Below, piece after piece: positions 9,747 to 18,100 of a stretch of DNA of 64,000 nucleotides. The translations under genes were made by a program, and so were the position numbers. The stretch spans positions 1 through 64,000 of the IMG/VR virus record IMGVR_UViG_3300025853_000048; one strand, written 5' to 3'. The notes under the pieces are model-generated. The model worked only from the letters and a program-made list of their open reading frames with translations, was not told the origin of the DNA and did no database searches. This DNA comes from a virus. Numbering within the stretch: the stretch's first letter is position 1; each line of letters begins with the position of its first letter.

Positions 9747-10027
9747 GAGGCTTTGGGGGTGGGCGGTTTAGGAGCACAGGCAGATTGAGGTGGGGGGTTG
9801 AAACCCGGATGATAAACAGCTAGTTGCCGCAACCATCTCTCCCGTCCAACCAATCGCGGCACCTCGCTCCGGTTAACCAGTGGTTCGGACAGGTTCTGGA
9901 CAGGTTCTGGCCGTCTGCCGGTCAGCATTTCAAACGCGTCTCCCATGCCCAAAGGTTGATCATTGTGGTTGTTGTTTTCTTGATTGGATGGTAGTGAATT
10001 TTCATTTTGGGGTGGGTTCATAAACAT
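9743..10027 (-). CDS. hypothetical protein
   Basis: 94-aa ORF following the portal gene. Confidence 0.45.
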   Translation of the reverse strand: MFMNPPQNENSLPSNQENNNHNDQPLGMGDAFEMLTGRRPEPVQNLSEPLVNRSEVPRLVGRERWLRQLAVYHPGFNPPPQSACAPKPPTPKAS

Positions 10028-10081
10028 GGCTCTATTGCAACCAGGGCTGCACCTGGCCGACTTGGTTTTGCCCTTTGGTAG

Positions 10082-12289
10082 TTAGGCAGTTAGTTCGGGG
10101 CGATTCGCCTGAGGCAGCAACATTTCCGGATCTCCGGTCATCATGTCGCCAGCCTGCCCTGGAATGGGTTGATCGGGGATCGGTTGAAAGTACTGTTCCG
10201 GATCGGGAATCTGGTAGGTGTTGAACAAGCGTTCAAAAAGTGGGGCAATCACGGCTTGGGCATGGGCAGGGTAAGCCATGAAGCGTTCCCAGGCGTCAAT
10301 TGCGGCCTGGGTCTGCACCAATTCCTGCTCACCCATGTAGGTCGTCAGGTTGATCTTGATGGTATATTCGAAGTCCCGGATGCTGGCCGGTTCCATCTCT
10401 TCGAACTGGTTGGAGCCATCCTTGAAAAAGGTAAATGTTTCTTTCTGGGAGAGGTTTGCAACGGTGATTTTGGCAAACATCTCGGTGGTATGCTGGAACC
10501 CGGGAATCAGGTGATCAATCAACGGCCCGATCATCTCTTGACCGGCCCTCTCGATATGTCGGATGCCTGTCGCCAGCTTGGCCGTATCCAGTCCTGCCAT
10601 TTGGGAATCATTGGCATTGGCCACTCCTCCCAGAGATTGCGCGTATTGCTGGGCGATTTCGACTATCTTCAGCAGGTAGTCATGCTTGATGTCGGTCAGG
10701 TAAACCCGCTGAATCACATCTTCGGCCTTGTAATCCTTTTTGAGAGTGTAGGTGTGATTATCGTTGAATCTCAGGAACGGGTTGTTATCTCCCTCGTACA
10801 CGCCATCTGGATTGAAGAAATCCACCCCACCTGAATCAGACTGGCTTTTGTTCATGCGATTGATGGACAAATCAATCAGTTCCTGCAATCCCCAAAACAA
10901 CCCAACTTGTGAACAGCCGTACCAACGGTTTTCCACAGGGTTGACTCGGATCACGCGGAATGGCCGGCGACCATCTGCCGTTACCCTGGCCGTGTAATCG
11001 TAGTAAATGGGACGGTTGTTGGTCAGGTCCATGACCAGCATGATTTCTTTTTCCTCGCCCGTGCCGAATACATCAAGACGCATGTAAAATTCGCCAACTT
11101 TGACCACGGGTGAACCCTGGTTTAGATCGGTTTCGTCCATCCTGTCGCCAGCCATGCCAGAGTGCGCCTTGGGCGTGCCGTCCGCTCCTGCCATGCTCTC
11201 CACCATCTCCAGGAAACGAGGATCGGAAATTGCTGCCCCTTCCGTGCCTCGCATGTGGCGTTGCACCAGGTCGGCAACGGCTTCGTCATAGACATGCAGC
11301 ACGCAATTGGCGGTGTCTACTGACTTGGCCTGCAGTGGGCAAAAGAAATTCTGGTAAGGAACCAGATCCACGTCAGCGCCCTCATAATGAACTTTCTGGC
11401 GTCGAACCAGTTGTGTTTCCCAAACCAAGTCCTCTGGTTTGAGAGTCATCGGCGACCGCTCGAGAACATAGACAATCTCGGAATTATCCGCAATTGGTTG
11501 TAAATCAGCGTTTAACAGGTCGCCGGTTTCAGGATCGTGTAAGGCAACCCAGATATCGTCATCAAATATGTAATCGCCATCCTCGGCAGTTAGCGGTTCC
11601 CGGGTAGCAGGATCCACGGCAACAGTAAATTCATCCTCATAGATATCATCGTCTACTTTATAGGTTCCTTTCAAGACTGCCTCACCATTGATAAAAATGC
11701 GGTCGATCGCCTGACCAAGCACGGTTTTGAGTTCGCTCTGCTCCGCTTTGAACTTCAGAAAGTGTTCCTGCAGTTCGGCAATCTCCTGACTCACCTGGCG
11801 CCGCGGGCGAGCCGAAAACCACGGATCGGTCTTGAGGAAATAGTTGTGGACCCGGGAAATCTGGTTTTGAACCTGTGTTCTCGCCGTGGGCAGGGTTATG
11901 TTTTGACTTTCGTAGATGTTCGGAGAGGGGTAGGCGTCTGACCGCCACTCCACATCCTGGTTGAAAAGTTTATCGTAAAGTTCGCGCTTAAGCATCCACT
12001 CCTCATTGAGCGCCATGAACCGACCAGGATCACTGGGAACCTGACCGAGACTGTGATAGCCCATCTCGTTCTCCATCTCCTTCTGACGGTCCAGAGCGAA
12101 CGCAATCATGAGTTGTTCCTGATGGCGATTCAGGCGCAGTGCCGGTCCCTGGAAAACCACCTCCGGGCGTTCGCTTTCGGGTAGACCGCGGGGATAGGCG
12201 CCCTCGTTAATCGGGAAATCATCTTCTCCAGGAAGGTGGGGTTTGCGGGCGCGTTCAAGAAATTCAGAAAGGTGCGAGGACGAGGACAT
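10082..12289 (-). CDS. portal protein (P22/podovirus-like)
   Basis: 735 aa; motifs DPWFSARP, FINGEAVLK, VPYQNFFCP, RRPF...NRWYGCS...LQELID, ATGI; upstream of scaffold and capsid. Confidence 0.8.
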   Translation of the reverse strand: MSSSSHLSEFLERARKPHLPGEDDFPINEGAYPRGLPESERPEVVFQGPALRLNRHQEQLMIAFALDRQKEMENEMGYHSLGQVPSDPGRFMALNEEWMLKRELYDKLFNQDVEWRSDAYPSPNIYESQNITLPTARTQVQNQISRVHNYFLKTDPWFSARPRRQVSQEIAELQEHFLKFKAEQSELKTVLGQAIDRIFINGEAVLKGTYKVDDDIYEDEFTVAVDPATREPLTAEDGDYIFDDDIWVALHDPETGDLLNADLQPIADNSEIVYVLERSPMTLKPEDLVWETQLVRRQKVHYEGADVDLVPYQNFFCPLQAKSVDTANCVLHVYDEAVADLVQRHMRGTEGAAISDPRFLEMVESMAGADGTPKAHSGMAGDRMDETDLNQGSPVVKVGEFYMRLDVFGTGEEKEIMLVMDLTNNRPIYYDYTARVTADGRRPFRVIRVNPVENRWYGCSQVGLFWGLQELIDLSINRMNKSQSDSGGVDFFNPDGVYEGDNNPFLRFNDNHTYTLKKDYKAEDVIQRVYLTDIKHDYLLKIVEIAQQYAQSLGGVANANDSQMAGLDTAKLATGIRHIERAGQEMIGPLIDHLIPGFQHTTEMFAKITVANLSQKETFTFFKDGSNQFEEMEPASIRDFEYTIKINLTTYMGEQELVQTQAAIDAWERFMAYPAHAQAVIAPLFERLFNTYQIPDPEQYFQPIPDQPIPGQAGDMMTGDPEMLLPQANRPELTA

Positions 12290-12371
12290 TCGGAATGAAT
12301 GACGTACAATGACATCGCCCGCAATCTGGCGGATACTTTTGGAAGGGTTTGAGAGGCTACACAGTTTAGGC

Positions 12372-12457
12372 TTGACTCCCTACCTGTCGAATTTGTTATA
12401 ATTGAGTTGGAGCGAAGGTCGCCTGATGCTCCCTCGCTCAACATTAACTGTTATGCC
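12372..12457 (+). promoter_or_regulatory. array A anchor site: sigma70-like promoter, L-box hairpin and R' core (attI-like candidate)
   Basis: TTGACT(12372)-N19-TATAAT(12397) with TGn extension, then a GTTGGAGCG...CGCTCAAC hairpin and GTTATGCC at 12450. Homologous to 47790-47877. Confidence 0.65.
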
Positions 12458-13272
12458 AAGAAAAGATCGAGTTGAGATAACTCCTTTTCGATTCTCTCTT
12501 TAGCAGTTTTAAAGTGTTCCGGGTCTTTTTCGATGCCGATGGCTTTCCGGCCCGTTCGGATTGCCGCGATAATGGTTGATCCACTTCCCATGAATGGGTC
12601 AAGCACGGTTTCCCCTTTTTTCGTATAAGTTTCAGTCATGTATCCGAGCAACGGAACTGGTTTTTCGGTCGGGTGATTCCTGCATTTAGGATCAACCACA
12701 TTATATTTCAGCACCGTCGAAGGCAGTCGCGTTGTATCTCCCCCTTTGTAATTTCGTGTATTCGTCCCGTGGTAGAGAACACCATCACTGCTGCCTCTCG
12801 CACTTTGCGTCGGGTTGTGCCCCCTCGTTCTCTGCGGGTAATATGACCCCGGATTTTGATAGAACACACAAATCTCTTCATGCTTCCTCAACGGTTGCCG
12901 TTTCCCGTGCAGGAAATTAGTAGCCATATTCTTTTCCCAAACCCACCAATATTTAAAGCGACCCTCTTGAGACATCACCAACCTGTGAGTAAACGGTTGA
13001 GAAGCAAACATGACGATTGGGAGTGTTTCGCCTCCAACTTTCCATAGGTCATCCCACGCACTCAGCCAATCTGTGTCATCCCAATCACAGGCGGTCGTGC
13101 CATACGGAGGATCAGTGATCACAGCATCTATACCGTTGAGATGCGGCAGGATTTCCAGACAGTCACCGTGATACAACTCCACACCATCAAAGGCATAACA
13201 AGGCGCAGCAGGTAAGGCCGTACCCTCTTGAGTCGGAGGCTGTACCCTGTTTGATCCTTTGTCCTGCTTCAT
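12451..13272 (-). CDS. N4-cytosine/N6-adenine DNA methyltransferase (beta class), cassette A1
   Basis: GDCLEIL, ITDPPYG, HPTEKP, VLDPFMGSGST, IGIEKD. Confidence 0.9.
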   Translation of the reverse strand: MKQDKGSNRVQPPTQEGTALPAAPCYAFDGVELYHGDCLEILPHLNGIDAVITDPPYGTTACDWDDTDWLSAWDDLWKVGGETLPIVMFASQPFTHRLVMSQEGRFKYWWVWEKNMATNFLHGKRQPLRKHEEICVFYQNPGSYYPQRTRGHNPTQSARGSSDGVLYHGTNTRNYKGGDTTRLPSTVLKYNVVDPKCRNHPTEKPVPLLGYMTETYTKKGETVLDPFMGSGSTIIAAIRTGRKAIGIEKDPEHFKTAKERIEKELSQLDLFLA

Positions 13273-13310
13273 TTGTTCCTCCCGGCCTACCTGTGCTCAA
13301 GCGTTATCTC
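13192..13310 (+). repeat. attC-like site A1
   Basis: GGCATAAC..GCAGCAGGTAAGGCCG...CGGCCTACCTGTGC..GTTATCTC, with two unpaired bases in the left arm. Confidence 0.85.
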
Positions 13311-14092
13311 TGAAATAATTCCTCCTGCACCTCATGGTGCGCCTTTGTTGGTTCGTTCAGCGGCAACACTTCCTGGAGCATCCTTTGAGCCGCTATCTCG
13401 CAGTATTTTTCCTGCATCTCGATTCCTACACATTTCACCCCGGCATCCTTACACGCTCGTAGGGTGGTTCCTGATCCCATCCACGGATCGAGGACGGTTT
13501 GCACGTCTCCAGCTTGCATTAGCGCCCACGCCATCACCGCGAGCGGTTTTTGCGTCGGGTGCCACCGGTCTTCGTTGCCTTTCCGCAACATCCCATGCCA
13601 TTGGTGCCGCTTCAACCTGACAGGACCATCAATATTAGTCCATGCGAGTTCAGCGTCCGCATAGTAATTTTTCCCGTTCTCCTTATCCCACACAAGCCAA
13701 CAACTTGTAACCGGAAGCGGGTAATAATTCCCGCCGAAAATAATTTGGGTTTTACATTTCTCCCTAGCTGTTCTCATGGTCAATTCATCAACAGGTTTCT
13801 CATCCCACTCATTACTCCCATAACTACCTCTAGGAGCTTTAGATTTACCGAACTGTTCTGCCTCTTGATCATCTCTTCGGCCTCGTCGAGCAAGTCCATA
13901 CGGAGGATCGCACAGCAGCAGATCGAACGGCCCCAGATGCGGCATGATCTTCCCGCAATCCCCGTGGTATATCGTCACGTAGTCGTCCGAATAGTAAGGA
14001 GATAACAAGTCGCAGCAGGTAAGGCCATTCAATAGGGTACAATCGTCCACTGTACCCTGTTGAGTCTGTCCTGTATCCTTTGTTTCCGTCAT
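13304..14092 (-). CDS. N4/N6 DNA methyltransferase (beta class), cassette A2
   Basis: YHGDC, LCDPPYG, HPTQKP, VLDPWMGSGTT. Confidence 0.9.
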   Translation of the reverse strand: MTETKDTGQTQQGTVDDCTLLNGLTCCDLLSPYYSDDYVTIYHGDCGKIMPHLGPFDLLLCDPPYGLARRGRRDDQEAEQFGKSKAPRGSYGSNEWDEKPVDELTMRTAREKCKTQIIFGGNYYPLPVTSCWLVWDKENGKNYYADAELAWTNIDGPVRLKRHQWHGMLRKGNEDRWHPTQKPLAVMAWALMQAGDVQTVLDPWMGSGTTLRACKDAGVKCVGIEMQEKYCEIAAQRMLQEVLPLNEPTKAHHEVQEELFQR

Positions 14093-14119
14093 GGCCTACC
14101 TGTGCTCAAGCGTTCTGCT
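13999..14119 (+). repeat. attC-like site A2
   Basis: GAGATAAC..GCAGCAGGTAAGGCCAT...ATGGCCTACCTGTGC..GTTCTGCT. Confidence 0.85.
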
Positions 14120-14360
14120 CGGAATAATTGAAGTCTTTCTCGTATTCTCGAAGGGCGAGCAACAGCCCCGTCGAAACATCTGCGATCCTCTGCGCCTCAC
14201 CCACTTCATTCCTCCGAATGCACAGATAGGCGCGGTGGTTGAGTTCGCGTAGGATTGCCCCGACTTCAGTAGGGTTGTAGATGTCATCCTCGGAAGCAGA
14301 ACAAGTCGTGGATGAACAAGGTTCATTCCTTCCTTCGTCAGTCATTTCACCTGTCATCAC
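14106..14360 (-). CDS. hypothetical protein, cassette A3 (paralogue of the N-terminus of 52533..52925)
   Basis: TEVGAILRELNHRAY...GEAQRIADV resembles ITVGQLLREIVHRCH...DRAKELAEI. Confidence 0.65.
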   Translation of the reverse strand: MMTGEMTDEGRNEPCSSTTCSASEDDIYNPTEVGAILRELNHRAYLCIRRNEVGEAQRIADVSTGLLLALREYEKDFNYSEQNA

Positions 14361-14374
14361 TCATACGTTCTCCC
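14295..14374 (+). repeat. attC-like site A3
   Basis: AGCAGAAC..GTGGATGA...TCATCAC..GTTCTCCC. Confidence 0.8.
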
Positions 14375-14391
14375 ATGGCCTGCTTGGCGTT

Positions 14392-14805
14392 CTACATAAA
14401 CTCGATCAAAGCTTCCCCCGATGATGTGGCGTGCTTCATGTGGATGTTGGTTCCGGAATCCAGGGCAAATATAGCCTCTGTGCCGTCACCACCACGGATC
14501 ACGGACCCGATCTGGTTTTCTGCCTCAGTCGGCGTTGTATCTGCAGCCATCCCGGTATCGCCGGGAGTTTCATCGATTGCTACAGTTATTTCGCCAGCCG
14601 ATTCGTTGGTGATTCGCACCTGATGCGCTCCGGATGGGATCGGAACTGTCAATTCAGTATCTGCCGAAGCGTCAAACGCCACCCGAATATGCTGGTTGAA
14701 AGTCTTGCGGAGATCGGGAACACCGCGGGTAAACTGGAAAGAGGTGTCGCCAAGCGTTTCATTGGACCGTGCTGTCCCGCCGACCATTTTAAGTTCGTTA
14801 CTCAT
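14392..14805 (-). CDS. hypothetical protein, possibly virion-associated
   Basis: 137-aa ORF with a beta-rich composition. Confidence 0.6.
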   Translation of the reverse strand: MSNELKMVGGTARSNETLGDTSFQFTRGVPDLRKTFNQHIRVAFDASADTELTVPIPSGAHQVRITNESAGEITVAIDETPGDTGMAADTTPTEAENQIGSVIRGGDGTEAIFALDSGTNIHMKHATSSGEALIEFM

Positions 14806-14825
14806 AATTAGGGGATAAAGGGTTT

Positions 14826-14975
14826 CTATTTCTCGGTGATCACTTCCTTGGCCAAATAGGCGGCATCTCCAGCCACACGGATAGCGCGAAAGATTTGATC
14901 ATCTGACATGCGGGCGCATGAGGAAGTGGAAACCAGGGTGAAAACAACAAACAAGAGGGGTATCAGGTTCTTCAT
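14826..14975 (-). CDS. small lipoprotein (49 aa)
   Basis: Manual translation MKNLIPLLFVVFTLVSTSSCARMSDD...VITEK; signal peptide with a lipobox-like TSSC. Confidence 0.65.
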   Translation of the reverse strand: MKNLIPLLFVVFTLVSTSSCARMSDDQIFRAIRVAGDAAYLAKEVITEK

Positions 14976-14983
14976 TGGGCAAA

Positions 14984-15011
14984 AGATTAAGTCATCTTAA
15001 CATTTTGGCAA
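14984..15011 (-). promoter_or_regulatory. sigma70-like leaderless promoter of the lipoprotein gene
   Basis: TTGCCA-N16-TAATCT-N8-ATG. Confidence 0.6.
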
Positions 15012-15032
15012 TCATAAACTCTTCAGGGAACG

Positions 15033-15063
15033 AAAAACGGGAAGTCTTGCCCGACTTCCCGTT
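15033..15063 (-). terminator. intrinsic terminator after the giant gene
   Basis: 11-bp stem AACGGGAAGTC/GACTTCCCGTT with a 6-nt loop, running into a T tract on the minus strand. Confidence 0.75.
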
Positions 15064-15134
15064 CCCTGTTTGTGTTTGCTGCGAATTCGTGAATTGGATG
15101 TTTGGTGGAGCAAATTATTCACGAAAGTTTAGTT

Positions 15135-18100
15135 TTATCCCCGGGCATCCTGCCGTTTCTTAATCTCCGCATCGCTCGGTGGTCTGCCGCCCCTACGGAA
15201 GAAGGACTTCCTGGCTGCTGACTGGGCATCGCTGATGCGTTTTTTCAGCCTTTCCTTATCCCTCTCCTTGGGGTTTTTCGCGGCTGATTCGGAGACGCCG
15301 CGTAAAGCTCTTTTGACTGCCACTCCTCGCATCCGCTTCAGTTCATTTTGCTGCAAGGAGGTAAGTTTTACCGTCTCTCCAGTGCGCGGATCTTTGTAAG
15401 TCCTGGTGCTGGTCAAATATGGGTACCACTTCTCATTGGGGTTGGCGTCATTCCAGTTCTTGGCTAGGGTGTCAGCTCTGCGGGTTTCTTCGTTGGGCTT
15501 GATGCCCGCTGCCAAGAACTGGCGACTGAACCATTTGCCGGTCTTTTCAACCGGTTTGCCATCCAGATCAACCTTTTTAGGCGCTCTAACGCCTCCTGAG
15601 ACAGCATTGAGCGTTCTGGCCTTCCAATCCATACCCTTGGTGTCCCGCTTGTAGGGATCGGCGTTACGGATGGTCTGAGGGATGAAATTAGGCATGATCA
15701 TTCTGGACAGGTTTTCAGGGATTTCAGCCACCAAATCAGATGGTTCTTTTCTTCCCGCTCCTCCCAAAAGGCTAGTCAGGGCATTAACTCCGCTCAACGG
15801 CGTACCTTCAGAGATGTTGTATTGAGCTCGTCCAATCACATCATTGAAGATCGAAGCGATATCCTCACCGTTACGGAGTCCCGTAACGCTGCGGTTCAGA
15901 TCAACCAAACCGGCGATAATACCCGATACCGGATCCAGCTTTGCGTAAGAGAATACCGGTTTACCCTTCCAAAGAACCATCATTGGTCCGCCCTTCATGC
16001 GGTTGAGCAATTCCAGACTGTTTTTGTCCTCTACTCCAAAAGCCCGGGTGCCGGTGATGCTGATTAGTTTATCCTCGTCATCGTCCTCTCCTTCGCCTAA
16101 AGCACTGAGAATCAGAAGTCCAATGGCAGCGATAGCCTGATCAGCTACATCGCGCAAGAAAAGCCCTGGAGTGTCACCGTTGTATTGCTCGATGAACGTT
16201 TTGCCATTGCTGCCCTTAACCGTTGCTGCCCATCCCATCTTGCCGAGTACCGGCAACAGGTTGAACCCAGTTCTCCGCAAAGTTTTCTTAGTCAAGTTGT
16301 AGGGAGTCGAAACAAACGGGAATATGATCGTCAATCCGAGTTTGGCCATTGTCCCGGCCCCGGTATCCTGTTTGAAATCAAGTAACTTGCGGACTGCGTG
16401 ATCTGCCAGGTTGCCGCCGTCTTTTTTCCTCTTGATTTCATCCTGTGAGGTGATCGACTTGCCGAACTCATTAGCCAGCACCCATGCGTCACTGCCGAAG
16501 ATGCGGACTTCGCCAGCCATGAATTTCTCTAACGCGTTGCCAGTCAACCCTTTGGCTTTGCCGAGTCGGTAAGCTTGCGCCCAAACATCCAGGTGGTTGC
16601 CGAGTGACTGGAAGAACACATCCATCGTGGAAAGAATACGGAACGAGGTTCTTGCTATCTCACCCCATCTGCCGCCGATAGCGGTGCGAATCACATCCAC
16701 CTTGCCACCGTGCTCAACGTCGGACTGGGCTGTGATCTCACTCTCCAGGATATTGCCGTCTTGTGCCTGGACTGTTCGGGCAGCGAATGATATCGCTGCC
16801 TTGACCGCTTTCGGCCAAGCTTTCCGCATGTATTTGAATTCTCCAATCTGAGGCCCGGATGGGTCTTTGATGATCAGGTTCAATGCCGCTTCCATGCGCC
16901 TCTGGATAACGTGTTCCAGGCCGAAGTTGGCAACGTTGGCAAAGATGTTCATCGCCTGAGTTCCGACTCCTGAAAGCATCGCTGATTGCATGTACTCAGT
17001 AAACGAATCAATGATGTTGCCCATCGCGGCATTGGAGTAGTTGATCAGGCGGGTGATTTGCACCTCGTTTGTCGGATCGAACTTACTGCTGTCGAACACG
17101 TCCTGCATACCAGTTATCCCCGGCATCTTCGATACGGCTTTATTCATCAGCGCCAATCGCTCCCTGTTGATCCTCCTGGCGCGTCGTAACCGCTCATCCT
17201 GTGTGATGCCCCGGTCATTAATCTCGGCGCGTTGAGCGACCCGCGGGCGGGCTAGAATGCGAGCGTAGCGGTCTAACTGTCGTTCACGCTTATTGGTGTG
17301 TGGATCCCCCCTGTTCACCGCGTCACTGACTGAGTAGGCCAGTAGCATCGCATCGTCAATTGCTGCCTGGTTGCCGCTCGCCAGGGCATCTGCCATGACC
17401 TGCGGTAACAGGATTTGAGCCACCTTGATGTCAACCGGTTTGGTCAGGGTCAACTGGTTGGCCGCATCCTTGCCGACACTGGCCACTGGTTGTCTAATCG
17501 TGTCCAGCAATTCGGACAAGAGTTGGGCACGATCTCCTTGCGCTACCCGCTCCCGGGCAGCGTCATCCCATTTTTCGTGGGATTCGCGGTCATTGGCGGG
17601 CAGGTCGTCCAGATTGACCGGCTGGTTCATCTGGTTCGCGGCAGCGGTCGCCGCGGAGTAGAGGCTTAAATTAGGCTCGGTCGATTCAGCTATTTCTTTC
17701 AATGCTGCCGAAACTTCGGGATCGTTGACGTGTTGAGCAAATTGCCCAGCCGCCATTTTGGCATCATCCAGTTCCTCTACTTCGTGTTCCTGTAGCTCGA
17801 AAACCATGCCATCTTCATCTCGGTGGCGAAATGTCAGTCGATTGATTTGCTGAATCAGGTTACTTAACCGCTGTCCCTGGTCCTCGTCCTCAATATCAGA
17901 CATCAGGTTTTCATCCGGTTCGCCAAACGATGCAACAATCAAACCCGTGTGGCCGCTGGTGGAAATCCTTTGAAAGGTGGAACCCTTGGCCATATTATCC
18001 TCGACGAACTTCTCAGCTTCCTCCCTAGTGTTAAATCGCTTGGCCCATACGATCGGCTTAACTCCATCCACCTCAGTGGAAAACCGGATAGTTACCAAAT

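Larger units (their letters stand above)
12450..14374. mobile_element. integron-like cassette array A (3 cassettes)
   Basis: Three attC-like sites; the 5' 8-mer of each cassette is the exact reverse complement of its own attC left end. Confidence 0.85.

Noticed and set aside
10036-10087. Possible attC at the portal stop (AAC...GTTAGGC)
   Set aside because: It has a canonical-looking R', but the inner arms pair poorly and no matching cassette end was found.
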